Below, one piece after another: positions 26,220 to 40,470 of a stretch of 64,000 bases of DNA. The stretch spans positions 97,280,001-97,344,000 of the forward strand of contig CM052817.1 of NCBI GenBank assembly GCA_028534125.1, in the 5' to 3' direction. Within the stretch, counting starts at the first letter, position 1; every line of letters starts with the position of its first letter. The translations under genes and the position numbers were made by a program. The notes beneath the pieces were generated by a model, which worked only from the letters and a program-made list of their open reading frames with translations, ran no database searches and was not told where the DNA came from. This DNA is from Lama glama (Eukaryota).

Positions 26220-27869
26220 AAGCCCTATTTGCTGAAAACTACCACCACAGAGCTGGGGATGAGCTGGAGTTCAAATAAAATTGGATGCCTATACTGTATT
26301 AAGAACAAAAAGTAGCAAGATGGCTAGAAAAGGCAATGCAACTCACGTGAGAATGTTAAACAATTCATTTAAACAGAAGCAGACATGAAACATGATTAGG
26401 AGCAAAGCACTTATTTGCATGACCGCAATGGATTTCCAGGGGTCAGAATTCCCCTTTTTGGCTCTGGAAAGTATTTAAGACTCTGGCTCAGAAAAAAGTT
26501 ACCGTATGAATTTCTTATGATCTCCCTTGTTAGGTTTAACTCAAGGGAAACCATACAAGAAAGCAATCTGTCCAGGGAATATGCTTCTACCTCTGAACAA
26601 AAGTACAGAAACCTATTGACAGGCACAGGAAAAATCTCTCATGGCCCACCGAGTCCAACCTGGTACGTTACAATCAGAGATTTTCAGCCTGGGGGCAGCG
26701 CCAGTCATGTCTTCCTAAACCTCCCCTGGTCACAGGCCATTTGTGCCAGCAATCATTGCTCATGGCGTGCCTGTTCCTACTGGAGCCTTCCTGGGGCTGA
26801 GCCACTCTCCTACTGTGATTTTCCCCTTCCCGTGGACTTTTGGGCTCCTTCCACCTTTTCTTTTTGATGATCTGTGCTGAGATGCTGGCCACTGTTCCTT
26901 CCTTATGTCTACTTACAAGGATCTGACACCAAATATGGATTCAGGGCCCTGGGACCCAGAGGAGTGTAAAGTTTTTCACCGTCTCATTGGGGTTGAGTGC
27001 TTGTTGCTTATCAAGTACCCAAGAAGCTTACAGCTATAAACGGAGAAGACAGATGTGGAGAACTATATATATATCGAGAGGGGCAGACAGAACCTGTGTG
27101 TAATGGACAGTGGCCCTTGTCATGAACATCTATTTTCACCAGTAGGAAACCTCAATGGTGGCATCTTTGACCATAAAGACCAGGAAAACCTCTTAAAACC
27201 AGGGCAAATCTCCTGCAGCTCCATGTCTTTACTTGCTGAGAGGTTTACTAAATCAGATAAACTGTCTTGTTTTAATTTTCTTAAGGGTACCATGTAACTT
27301 CAGCAGAGTGGTACAACAGAGAAAGTTACCAACATTTGATCTTAACTTCTTAAGACACTAGGAGCCCCATGTCTGGAGTGTGTTAAGGCTGTGAATTTGC
27401 TATAAGCTTAAGCACAAAAACAGGGGTAAATATTGTAGTTACAATCAATAGGTGTTACGGTAATGGAAGAAAAAAAATGGAAATAAGATTTTAATGGTAA
27501 GAATGCATAGGAACCATTGGATATATACAAATATTTAGATGTGTATATTTACATATATGTGTATATTTATGTACATGTATAAGCAGAAGCAAAAACAAAG
27601 TAGTGCATTGAGAATGTGATCCAAAGAGAATCTTCAAACAAAAAACATGTTATAGTTGAATAGTCTATTATACGAACACACGACTTTGCACAATCATAGG
27701 AAATGCTACTGTTCTAAGGAATTTAAAAGGCTACAGGATATAATTACATATTCCCTCACAGGTAACAAGAGTTCACATTAGTCTATAGTGGTTTTATTGT
27801 TTTGTTTTAGGTAACATTTTGGTGTATTGCCCTTCTCTTATTTTTCTAAGTACCCCTTTTTAAAAAAGT

Positions 27870-28740
27870 ATAGAAATAGGTGTTTTCTCACCCATTTTAA
27901 GTGTACAATTCCACAGTTATTAGTTCATTTATAGACCTGAGCAACCATCACCACAATCCAGTTTTAGAACCTCCCCATTACCCCAAAAAGGTTGCTGATG
28001 CTCCCCCGCAGTCAGTTCTCATCTCTTCTACCCCAACCATCACTGATTTGTTTTCTCTTTAGAACTGCCTTTCTAAGGCAAGTACAATGGAATCATATAA
28101 TGAATAGTATTTTGCCGTTGGCGTTTTTCACTTAACGCAACGCTTTTGAGGTTCATCTGTGCTGCAGACTGAAACACCACCTCATTCCTCTCTGTTGCGG
28201 AAGAATCCTCCATGATGTGGATACACCGCACTGTGGAGTCTTTCGCCAACTGATCAACGCGGGACGGCTTCCACAATGTCGCTATACTGAATGATGCTCA
28301 CACGAACACTGGTATATAAATCTTTGTGTGGGCATATGTTTTCATTTTTCTTGGGAAGAAAGAAACCTAAGAGTGGAATCTCGTTCACTTTTTTAAAGAA
28401 ACTGACAAACTGCTTTTCAAACTGGCTACATCATTTTATGTTTCCACTACCAACATATAAGGGTTCTAGTTTTTTCACATTGTCACTAACACTTACTATT
28501 ATTTGTTTTATTTTGTATCTCTAATTATAGCCATTCTAGTGGGTGTGAGGTGAAATTTCACTACGACTTAAACTTGCATTTCCTTAATGATTACGATGCT
28601 GAACATCTATCCCTCCATGGAATTGTGAGCCATTCATATTATCATCTTCTTTGGTGTATATTCAAAAATGTGTTCATTTTTTAAAAGAGTTGTTTGCCAT
28701 CTTATTATTGGGTTCTAAGTATAATTATGGAAATACTTAG
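27870..28740 (-). mobile_element. L1MB-type fragment
   Basis: cacccattttaagtgtacaatt...aatggaatcatataat...gccattctagtgggtgtgaggtg...tgcatttccttaatga. Confidence 0.85.
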
Positions 28741-28750
28741 AACCAAGACA

Positions 28751-29218
28751 TTATTTGCCATTTTCATTCTCATTCTTTTATGAGTATACAATGAAGTTTT
28801 GCAGAGACTAGAAGTACCTACAATTATCTGAAAAGGCTCTTAAATACACTTTCTTTTTTCAACTGTATATCTGGTGAAGCCACACCATCTTCATATACTG
28901 CCAACAAAAACAACGTGAGAATCCAGCTGTCTTCCATTAAACCAGAAAATAAAGATTTGCAAAAATAAAAATCAATGCCATTCTTCTCACTACTTTTTTC
29001 AGAAAAGTTATTTTTCATAAAAATATGTAATTGTTCATGTGTGATGGGTTTTTATTATTGCTCTGGAAGGAATTAAGAAATATTTTTAAATGTCTGTTTT
29101 CATTTCTAATGTGAAAAATACAGACAGTTATAACTTAAACAGACAAAAGCTCTTTGGGGTCTTCAACATTTTTAAGTGCATCAAGGAATCCTGCGACTAA
29201 AAGCCTTGAGAACCACTG
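28751..29218. mobile_element. Charlie1-like hAT transposon end
   Basis: gagaatccagctgtcttccattaaaccag...aatgccattcttctcact...aaagctctttggggtcttcaac...tgagaaccactg terminus. Confidence 0.8.
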
Positions 29219-31271
29219 AAGTAGGGAAACTGTATGTTGAGAAAATATTGGAGTGACTTGTGATTCTAGAGGCTACCAGAAAGCATCTTCATATGCCAAG
29301 GTCAAAGCAGACAAAATTCATAGTCAAAGGAAAACGTCCTCACAGAACCCAGCTACAGGTGCAACAGACAAGAAAGTGGCACGAATCTGGAGAGGTTGAG
29401 TGCTGTCCTGGGCAGCAGTTGGTGGCAAGGATCTCTGCTCCTCACCTGGACTGGGGTGGATGGGATGCTGGGGCGTGGGGAGAGAGCACTGTGTCAATGT
29501 AAAAAAAACACAGAATGGACTCTGATTAATCCCAGGTTTTTAACATCTGCTTCTTTATATCAGCAAACATTTTTGAAGGCTCTGAGAGGCTTTGCCATCA
29601 CATACTGAGCAGTGGAATAAAGAAGCTGGCAAACAAGAAAATACAGAAAGTACAAAGAATTATCTGGAGGTGAGACCAAATTTCTGATGCAATTACTGTT
29701 GAAACCTGTGAATGTCATGTTGGTCTCATCCATCTCTTGGGACAATGCTGTCAAAAGACAGTGGCTGAGGAACGTGAATGGTACACTGTAAGCCTTTACT
29801 ATGATGTGAACCTACCAATAATACTTTCTTGGAATACATCTGCTAAACCTCAAACAAGATTTCCAAACACTGTAGCAGCGCTATAAAGTCATGTGACGTA
29901 GATGTACAACTCATAGAGTAAGTCTTTCTCAGTCACCGCAATTTATTCTCAGACTTTCTGGAGTTCGAAGGGGACTACCTGTTAAACTGGTGGTCACTGT
30001 ATGTCATGAACTAGTACAAATGAAAAAGGAAATGGATGATAACAATTAGAAGAGGAAATTGGATAAGCGCCTTCAAAACAGATCGATGAAAATTTCTTTA
30101 TCTTTTTTCCTATTTATTGAGACTAGAAAAAACCCCAAACCTCCAGTAACTACAGATTTAAATCAGAGGTAAAGCATATCCTTATTACATTGTAAAGCCA
30201 GCTTAGAAATAGTACTATAATCTTAAACTCTAATATGGAACAATTATAGTAACCTAACTTACAGATTTGTATGTGTGTATGTGGGTATTTATGAGTGTGG
30301 ATTAAATGACTTGGTATCATATATGAAGGGCTAGAACCCTCTCTGGCACTCACTAAGCTTACTTGATTATGCAATCACTCCTCAATAAGCAATCAATAAT
30401 CAGTAAGCATTAGCTATTATTATGGTTGTTATTGATACAAAAGAAAGCTCACTGATGCCAAACAGGACTTTTGTGTGTCTGATCTGTGGAACACCATCTT
30501 TATATCGTCTTGAAATTAAATGAAACGTCATTCGTATTAGAACACATCTTAAAAAGAGGCATAAACCACCACCTAAAATGACAGATTTTCTGTTATTTGC
30601 AGTTATGGGGAATGAGGAGAGCAAAAACAACTAAAATTCCCAGTAGATTCCTACTTTTTAGGAAGGCGTCAGGTGCTACATACACAAAAGCCTTCTGATT
30701 TAGTACATGAGCCCAAAGCCCACTTTAGCCAACAGTGTTTGCCTGAAGGAAATTCACTCTGGTTATCCAATGCTACAAAGAAGCAGTGGGACAAATTCTC
30801 ATTACCTTCAACAACAAGTCTGCTCTCTGGTAGAAGGGACAATAATTCTTAAAAAAATTTAAAGATGATAGTTGAAAGAGAGGCAGTGTACCCAGTAGTG
30901 GAGACACTGATTTATGAACCACTGGATGAATAAAAATTTTCAGTGTACTTCATTTCCATTACAAATGGTAGCATTTAGGAAATTAAGAAAATAATAAAAG
31001 CCAAACAATTTAAAAACGTAGGTTATATGTTCTGTCTGATTGAGATCCATATGTAATTCAGATTAACACTGTAGCTCGCCATCTGAAATGCTTATAAGGA
31101 AGGAGCAGAGAAGGTAGACGCTCTGGCATTTGTTTTGCCACAGTTCAATAAAATAAGTGCTTATGGATCATGTGCCAGCTTTTTAGATGCTATAGGGATA
31201 CAGAGATGTTTCACGTAACATTTTATGCCCTTGGGAATTCACAGAAGAGACTGGACTTGTCGAGATCTATA

Positions 31272-31375
31272 TAGGGTCATGCTCCGGCATCCTCAGGGGA
31301 TTGGTTCCACAACCTCCTGTGGATACCAAAATCCACAGACGCTCAAGGCGCTTATATAAAAGGGGCCAACTGTAC
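31272..31375 (+). mobile_element. MER2 (TcMar-Tigger) end fragment
   Basis: ggggattggttccacaacc...ggataccaaaatccacagacgctcaag...ttatataaaa, similar to the reverse complement of the end of the full copy at 36250-36330. Confidence 0.75.
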
Positions 31376-31559
31376 ATAAATGTTTGGGAGGGGACAGAAA
31401 AGAAAGTGGGTAAAAGGAAGGAAAAAGGTATCGGGGTAAAAACGTATGGTAAAGTTAACATGTGCATTTGGGTGGAAGGGAACAAAAAAACGTGAACCAG
31501 AATTCTCTAGAAAGACATCAGAAAGAAGATTAAAAAGGGCTAAAAACTGAAATGCTAGA

Positions 31560-32590
31560 GAAGTCAAAGGTATTCCGGTTCCAGCCCCACTGTCCAACCT
31601 GATCATCCAGCCCGCCCTGCACAGACAGCCCCACCCCCGCAGCAGTGTTACAGAGCTGGGCATGCAGCTCCAAACAGCCCTCATGCTGCCTTCAAATTTC
31701 CATTCATTCTCCCTCCCAGTTTCAAATGCATTCCTCCTTCTCTGCTTCTCTAACTCTTATTCTTCTCCAAGACTCAGCTTACGACCCATAAGGAAGCCCT
31801 CATTTGGTCCTCATTAGGCACTATCATGCATTGTTAGTGTTGTTTTCACACATATGTTTTAATCTCCAACTAGACCATAAAGCGGCTGGAGCACATGGCC
31901 TGTGTATTATACAAATCTGTGCGCTCCCCACTGTGCCTGGCAGGCTTTCAATAAATATTTGGTCGTTGATGAAGGTAGAATCTGATTTAGGAGCAAAGTC
32001 AGACTGTTACTGAGCTATGATGAGCTCTTATTAAAAGAAGGCACGGAGAAATAAGCATTGGAAAAATACCAGCTGAGCGGTAGTAGGTTAAGATTAGGGA
32101 CAGGGAGGAGTCCGCCAAGTGATGGAGAAAAAAATACCTGAATAAATGGAGGAGGGAGAGCAGAGCCATTTTGAAGGAAGAGTAAATTAAGACTTGGAGA
32201 CTGATTTTACATAAAGAACAAAGGCAAGAGCTGAATCCAAATGACTTCAAGGTTATAAACCTTAGTGTCTGAAATAATAATGGTGGTATCATTCACAGTA
32301 ATGTGGAAGTTGGAAAGAATCATCAAGTTTGCAGGAAGGCTCAGAAGTTCACATTTCATCCTCTATCTTAAGCATCAGCACAATACAGGCATAGAAAGAT
32401 TCTGTAGGCAAATGAACCTAAGGAACATGACAGAGGACTGAAGCTGCAGAGAGGACATTGTTGACTTTGGAGACATTTACAAACATATGCTGCCTGAATT
32501 TACCAAAGGGATTAAGTGAAAAAGGGAACGGACCAGACAGTCAGAACCACTAGCATAGACAACATGGGAATGCCTACCCTCAGGAAGAAG
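31560..32590. mobile_element. L2 fragments (plus 31560-31975, minus about 32000-32590)
   Basis: L2 tail ctccaactagaccataaagc...tgtgcctggcagg...caataaatatttgg. Antisense ccaaatgacttcaaggtt...ggtggtatcattcacag. Confidence 0.6.
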
Positions 32591-33019
32591 CAGGTGATTT
32601 TACAATAAATTTAATGAGCTGTATGGTCAAGAATTTTATGATTAAGGGACAAAATGTGTTTCACTTTCAAGATTTTATAAAAGACTACCTATATACACAT
32701 ATACTTATTAATCAAAAAATAAAATGTACCATTCTATTTTATGATCTGACATTCAAAGCACAATGAATTTTATCTGTTTCTCCTCTTCAATCCTAACACA
32801 TAGTAAAAGCTCAGAGCAAGCAATGAATAAACGCTGGTCATGTAAGCTGGCCAAGTGTTCCTATCAGAAACAGCAAGGTGGCATTACACCGTGGGTTAGG
32901 CACACCACGGCGACCGAGGCTCTCTCTCAACTCTAATGTGAGTCCTGTATTTATATTTCATAGCTGGAGAGCATTTTCAATTCTTTCACAGTTTATGGAT
33001 TTCCACATATTCTAAACTT

Positions 33020-33235
33020 TGAGAGGTAATGTGGCATGTGGGAAACTATTTGGGCTCTGGAGGTGAACAAACTGGGTTAGAATCCCAGCTCTGCCATATA
33101 TTTTAAAACTATGAAGCTTCTGAAAGTAATGACTTCAATGTCCTCACTTAAAAATGCAAATAACAATATATTTAACAGGATTGTTACGAAGAGTAAAAGA
33201 GATAACATGTGTGATAGGGCCCGAATAAGGGAAAT
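33020..33235 (+). mobile_element. MIR SINE
   Basis: gggctctggagg...ctgggttagaatcccagctctgcca...caggattgttacgaag...gagataacatgtgtg. Confidence 0.7.
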
Positions 33236-34639
33236 AAATTTGTTTATTTTCCCTCTTATTTGGGGAAAGTTACCTTGAGGAAAAAAAAAAAAAAACTCCT
33301 AGAGTCGAGATTCCGGCATCTCATTTCCATTTTAATCAAGTCTTTCCTCTTTCTGCTGAATCAAGGCAAAACTGATGAACAAAGAGGAATATATTACTAG
33401 AAATTAAATATTAAGGAATTATAACTTAAGCAAGGATGTCACGTATAAAATTGGAACCTTAAATCTTCATTGGGCAGACTGGAAGCTATGAAGATATACA
33501 GTATATTGTTGATAAAACATTGCTTATTCTTCTTTCTCCTGAAGGCCTCCCCTTCTAACTGGCATCCAATCTTCTTGACCCCCTACCTGAGCTGACACAA
33601 GACTCTAGAGAATCCTGTCTCCAAATTCATAGGGTTCTGGTGGACGACAGGAAACACGTGGAGGCTTGACAATGGACAGAAATGTCCTGCTGAACGATCA
33701 GCAACACAACAGTCTGTAAAATGCTGTGTGAGTTTCTAGAAAAGTTTGTCTACACATTAGAAAATATGAGTCAATGTTTGCAAATGTAATTCATTATGAA
33801 ACTACATCAAACCATGCCTCCAAAGACAGATATAAAAATATAAATTCTGTCATCTCCAGAACTTTGTTTGCAAAAGTTTATACATAATCATTTTATGAAT
33901 TCTGTAGGAGTTTAATTTTTTTCTCCGCTGAAACTGACACAAATATTCATTTAGAAAATACTCATTCCCATCAGCTCCTAATGAATTATATATCATTTGT
34001 GAATATTAAAACTTGACTAATTTGGCAATAATTAGAGCTCTTTTGAAAAGAAAATTTCAATATCACTTCTATGCTGCTAACAGATTTACTCAGTTCCAGA
34101 AAGATGTCACTAGAAAATAACATGAGAAACCTTTTTTATTAACAAAAACCAATCTCTTAAGGAAATGAAGTGAATGTGAAATATTTAACAGAAGACTCAT
34201 CTGGAAGATTATAATTCTAATATTTTTATACTCTTACTTCAGCTGAACTCAAACATCTGACATTCTGCACTATTAGTTGGGTCATTTTTACCTTTTTCAA
34301 AATGGATGTTTATGACTTACTAATCAACATCCCAGCTTTGTACAGAAGTTGACTGAAGTAAGAGTAGATATTTTCAGATGTCTGCAATCCATAATATAAA
34401 ATAAATAAAATTTAGATAAAATGCCTATGCTTTCCTAAGATACGTTTAATCAAAACTAACACAGTAAAATTTCCTAAGGCATCTACCACAGAATAGTTAC
34501 TGAAAGCTTTACATACATGAATACCAAGTTAAAGTTCCAGTTTTATACATGCTATTCTTGCTTAAGTGATCATTTCTTCCAAATTTTACTAAGAGCTTAT
34601 TCAATACCAGGTATTCTGCTCCATTCTGGGTCTTGAGTT

Positions 34640-37520
34640 TAGTCAAGATAAAATTCACTGCATAATCCAATCAATTTGGATAAATATATACCCCCACCAA
34701 ATCAAGATACAGAATCTTTTCATTATCCCAGAAAGTTCCCCTGGAGCCTCTTCCAGACAATCCCCACCTACCACTAGACCATCACTGTTTAGATTTCAAA
34801 TGCCATAGTTTGGTTTTTGCCTTTTTTTGAACTTCATACAAATGGAACTGCACAGTAAGCCTTCTTCTGTGTCTGACTTCTTAACATACGTTTTTAAGAT
34901 TCACCCATGTTGTTATGTGTGCCTCTAGTTCATTCTTTTTCACTGCTGAGTAGTATTCTCTTACATGAATATACATAGTCTATCATATTGTGAATAAAGA
35001 TGCTATGAATATTTACGTAGATATATTTGTGTGTATTGTTTTCATTGCACTTGATAAATACGGCATGTATTAGGTAGGCATAGGGTACATATAAACTTTC
35101 TAGGAAACTAAAAAACTGTTTTCTAAAATGGTTATACTATTGGATACTTCCCCCAGCTAATTTGAGAGATCCAGCTATTATATACTCCCTGGCTGATATT
35201 TGGTAATGCCCATCTTTATCACCAAATGTTGTAGGTGTGAAATAGTGACTCACTGAGGTTTTAATTTGCAACTTGTATTTCTCTGGCTACTAATGATGCT
35301 AACATCTTCGTGCTCACAGGTCAAGCATCATTGATGGAGCGTGTGTTCAAGTCTTTCTGCTAATATTTTTTAAACTTTGAAATAATTTCAGACTTACAAA
35401 AAAGTTGAAAAAAAGTCCAAAGAGTTCCTATACACCCATCAGTCAGCTTCTCCAAATGTTGACATCCTGCCTAATCACAGTAGACTTACCGCTGAGTTAT
35501 GCTACAGTACTATTAACTAGGACACAGACAGTATTCTCCTATCATCAATGGTCCCACTAATGCACTTTCCTGGTTCAGGATCCAATCTAGGATTCCACAG
35601 CATATTTAGCTATTGTGTTTACTTAGTTTCTTTCCTCCAATTTGGGACCCTCGGTTTTTGTTGTTCATGATCACGGTACTATTGAAGAATATTGGTCAGT
35701 TATTTTGTAGAATGCTTCTTAGTTTGAATTGTCTGTTATTTCTTCATGCTTAAATTCAGCTATGTATTTTCGGCAAAAATATCACAAAGGTGATACTGTT
35801 CCCTTTTCAGTGCACCATATCAGATGTACGTGATGTTGCCATTTCTCCTTACTGGGAGTATTAACTTTGATTACTTGGTTCAAGTGGTGTCTGCCAGGTT
35901 CCTCCACTGTAGTGTCATTACTTTTCTCTGTTATTAATAAATATTTTAGAGGGAGATATTTTGAGACAAGGCAAATACAGTCGGCCCTCCATACCTGCAG
36001 GTTTCTGCACCTGCGGATTCAACCAACCATGGATCAAAAATATTTGGGGGATAAAAATTTCAGAAAGTTCCAAAATGCAAAACTTGAATTTACTGCATGC
36101 TGGCAACCATTAATATCGCATTTATGTTGTATTTACAACTATTTATATCATGTTAGGTATTATAAGTCATTAAGAGATGATTTAAAGCCTATGGGAGGAT
36201 GTGCATATGTATATGCAAATACATATACATAAGGGACATACATTTTACATCAAGGACTTGAGCATCCACAGATTTTGGTATCTGCAGGGCGTCCTGGAGC
36301 CAACCCCCTACAGACGCTGGTGGACAACTGTATCCTGCTTTTTATATTTTCACCCACTAATTTAGCATCCATTACTCATTCTTACTTGCAACAATTATTA
36401 CTGCGGTGTTGGCCAAGCGGTGGCTCTCATTTCTTCTACATTTATTAATGGAATTGTACTGTAAGGAATAATCATTCATTTCCCCTCACCTACACATTTA
36501 CAGTGTATAGATTGTGGCTACTTTATTTATACTCTGGGTTAATACCCATTTTTATCATTTTGTTGCTCAAGTTGTCCCAGGATTTGCCACTGGGAGCTCC
36601 TGCACATTGGCTGTTGTGTACTTCTGACTTGCCTATATCATTTTTTTTTAAAGACCCCCTTACTTTTTGGTGCCACGAGTTGTCCCAGGATCATCTTGTA
36701 TGTTCCCTGCCCCAGCCGGAAATTCAGCCATTTCTCCAAAAATCCTGACCGTTTTGTGGGAGAATGGTACTTATGAGAAATCAGGATCTGGATGTTGGGT
36801 GTCCTTACTGCGACTGGCGTCACCGCTTCTGGGCCTTCTCAGGAACAAGAAAGTGTATATATGTATATACAAACAGATGTATCTATATCTATGTATATGT
36901 ATATAGATTAAAAATTATGAGTTCATACTGCTATTTCCTGTTCCAGTCCAGCAGTACAGGGTTCATTCCTTATTTGTAACCAGTCTCTTTAGTTTCTGGT
37001 TAATTCTTCCGGTACAAATATGTGCAAATATGCAGATATATGAATATTAAACCTTATATTTTCATCTTTCTCAGATGAACAGCAGCATTACATAGATGCA
37101 CTTTTGTACTCTGCTTTTTCCACTCAACTAAAAGTCCGTATCAATTCTGGCTCTTTCTCATTCTTTCACAAAGCTCTGTAGCACTCCACTGTGTGGATGT
37201 ACCAGGGCTGATTTAACCATTCTCCTATGTATGGCCATTTAGGTTATTTCCAATATTTTGCAATAACAAGGAAAGCTGCAATTAATATTTCCTTTTTAAA
37301 AATTGGGTGATCTGTCTTTTTAAAAAAGAATACATATACACCCCTATGTACATAGATATAAATATAAAGACGATACACATCTTATATAAACATGCCCTTT
37401 GTCAGATGTACAAGATGTATGTTGTAAATAATTTCTTCAGTCAGTATTTCCTTTGCATTTTCTTAATGGTATCTTTTGATAAGCAGAGCTCAAAATTGTG
37501 GCGAAGCCCCAAATTTTTTT
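34640..37520 (-). mobile_element. Nested old L1 cluster (L1ME-like pieces flanking an L1MC-like piece at about 35370-36980)
   Basis: caaatcaagatacagaatc...ccagaaagttccc; ttgaaataatttcagacttacaaaaaagttg; ttgctcaagttgtcccaggatttgccactgggagctcc; catttaggttatttccaatattttgc. Confidence 0.8.
35978..36330 (-). mobile_element. Full-length MER2/MER2B-like Tigger MITE
   Basis: TA|CAGTCGGCCCTCC ... GGACAACTG|TA terminal inverted repeats with TA target duplication. Internal gcggattcaaccaacc and ggacttgagcatccacagattttggtatc. Confidence 0.9.
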
Positions 37521-38251
37521 ATGAAAAGACAGTAAAACAGAAGAAGGCTTTAAAAAGTCTGAAGAGTTGCTGAGATTTAAATACCTATTTTTAAAAAATG
37601 GGTCAGCTATACAAACTGTAAATATACAGTTTAGGAAACCTCATATTCAAGCCTATAACAGCGTTCAGAGAAGCAGAATCTTTCCGTCGCAGCCGGACTG
37701 CTGGCAGGAGAGAAAGGCAAGGACACAGTCCAAACCCCTGTATGATACGGATGAAAGAGCTGGGAGGCAGAGGCGGGATGAACAATTCCAGTGGAAGGCC
37801 TGGGTACCAGGGGAAACATTTTGTCCAGACTCCACGCAAAAGATCACTGAACAAAGAGACAAGGTACAGGCGGGGAAGCCACCTCTTAGCCTTCTGCTGA
37901 AAGCAGACCAAAGCAAGTGAGGTTAGAGACCAGTGGACATGCCAACTCTGGGACTGGAAAGGGTCCCATGATCCTGATTCTAAAGCAACAAATGCTGTCT
38001 GGGCTGTGGCTTTCCTGGCAGGAAGGGATGAGATCTGGGTAGAGAATACTGACATTCTCAGCTCAGAGATGCACGCCCTGACAGGTCACAGACACTCCTA
38101 CGACACCCAGGTCTCCCAGTCCTCTGACCTGCCATAGCAAAGAGAAAAGACACCAAAGTACAATTCACCGGGTGACCTCTGGCCCAAGATTCTGACTTAA
38201 AGTTAGAAGAAAGCTGATCTTTTCATAAACTGCTTGAAAGTAAAGAGACCT

Positions 38252-38790
38252 TGTAATGGTCATTATTGAAGTCTGCATACTACCCATATTCCCCCTTCTC
38301 TCGTCCCAAAGATCTCTAAATACGCTCCCTTCCCATCTCTTCCCACAGAGTTGATTCAAGGGAGTGAACTCCAACCTCAGTCGAGGGATAATTCTTAATC
38401 CCACAGGTAATACCAATCCTGATGTCAACAACTGTTCACTGGTGAGCGTGTGACTCTAAGGCCAAAAGTTTGCAGAGGAATCTGGTAAAACGAAGCAAAC
38501 TTATTTATTATTATTATTTTTTTTTTAAATGAGAATTCTCTCTCTCCTCTTGTACAGAGAAAGCACACAGCTCCAGTTGCTCCTGGGGGTAAAACAGGCA
38601 CTTAGAAGGGAGAACAGGAAAAAACCTGGAGCCTGATATTTTTATTTTCCTCTATCTGCCAATCCTGACACCTGCCTTCCCTCTGAATTTGTCATTATGT
38701 GAGCCAGTAATGTTCTGTATTATTGAAGTCTGTTTGTGTTGGATTTTTGAAAATTAATTCCAGCTAAAAGCATTCTAAATGATAGAATAT
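38252..38790 (+). mobile_element. Old ERVL LTR (LTR16/LTR40-like)
   Basis: tgtaatggtcatt...cccatattcccccttctct start; tatgtgagccagtaa...ttgtgttggattt...aaaagcattctaaatgataga end. Confidence 0.55.
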
Positions 38791-40109
38791 CCTACTTAAC
38801 ACCCAATACCTTTGCCTTAGCTAAGTAACTTCTTCCTGCATTTCGTTTCAGCTTGCATGCTCAGTTCTAACCGTGCTGCAGGATGGATCAGAAGCAAGCA
38901 CAAGCTCAAGTGCCAGAAAAATGGGAGAATATAATTAGGCTTTAAGTCTTAGTCCTAAATTCAACAGACCATGTGGTTCCTCGTATCACATTAAAGTTTA
39001 GCAACAGCTAAAGAATGTGAAAGATGTGCTCAGCAAATTTTCAAAATCTAAGTATAAGTTACTGAAAATAAACTCTTGCAACAGAAACGCAAAGTAAATT
39101 CTAAGACGTGAAATTCACAAGTGGGGATGGTTGTGGTCATACAGCCTAAGACTTGAGACAGATTTTTTAGTGCCATCTGAGTAAAGATCTTAGAACCTAT
39201 TTGTCAAGGTAATTTTCACCTCTTGGTGAGTATTCTAATTCCTAGACATATTAATCACCTAAGTTGTATTCGGTGAGAAGCACAGTGCTCTAAAGCGATG
39301 ACCGGAAGTACTATGTTCTAAGAGACATAATTTCCTACTGCACGTAAAGACCTAGATTCTAGGTCCAAATAAACAACTAGTAACGATTTTGAACAACTCA
39401 TTAAAACTTTTTGAATTCAGCTCTTTTGCCCCCCAAAACAAAAAATAAGCAATTATCAACAAATGCTTAACCACTGTGAGGATAAAATAATCTACTTATA
39501 AATCACTTGAAATAAATAGCCCACATTTACTAAACAATTATGAGGTTGGTTGGCCATCACCCACAAGCAATCCCCCCAAAGCAGCCTCCCACACACCTTT
39601 GGTTTCTGTCATGTACAGTCAAGAGTCTTAAAACATTTTGCCTACTTAATACATTGAACCAATATGTACAGTTTCCCTGAGTCAGATTTTAGGAAGGTGA
39701 TATAATAATCGAAGACTTTTAAAACAAACTGGACAGATCTACTTTACATGAAAATATTTTCACAGGGTATGTGGGCAAAACTACATCTGCTGTTTTATGA
39801 TATGATGAAAATATTTACAAAAAGACCTTTGGTATGGTCAATAAATCACTTTCAACATTGTAACTCCCTCGCCTCTAAGATCTTGGTTATAAGCTTAAAT
39901 AGCTTATAACATGACATTAAAATTTGTGGAGCTGGCTTGATTCCTGATTTGAACAATTATAAAAAGACCTTTATTGTATGTTACTTAGGAAGTTTTCAAT
40001 GATTATTCTTTGAGTGGTAATTATACTTAGCATTTTAAATGACAATTAAATTTTAGTCTTATTTTAAGAAGAGTTCTATAGCTTAAAGATACAAATTGAA
40101 GAACTCACA

Positions 40110-40470
40110 GATGCCAGGACATGCTTTAAAGTAATCCAGGGAGACAGAAAATGAGATAAACTGGTAGTTGTTGAACCTGGGTGATGGATATATGAGGGTT
40201 CATTATACAATTTTATCTACCATTGTATATTTAAAAAATTTTCCATAATAAAGTTTAAAAAATATTTATTTAAAAATATAAAGAGCTAAAAACAGAATGG
40301 TTCAGTGGATTTTTAAAAGATAACAACAAAACCACCCTGAAATCTTATTTTTTTTTTTACTTTCAACTGCTTCACTGAGGTATAATTTATATCCACACAA
40401 TTCACCCACTGAAAGTGCACATTCATTGATTTTTAGTTTGTACAGTTGCACGACCACCAGAACAATGATT
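40110..40470. mobile_element. Two old L1 3' ends (plus 40110-40260, minus 40350-40470)
   Basis: gttgaacctgggtgatggatatatgagggttcattatac...ttccataataaa; actgaggtataatttat...attcacccactgaaagtgcac. Confidence 0.7.
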
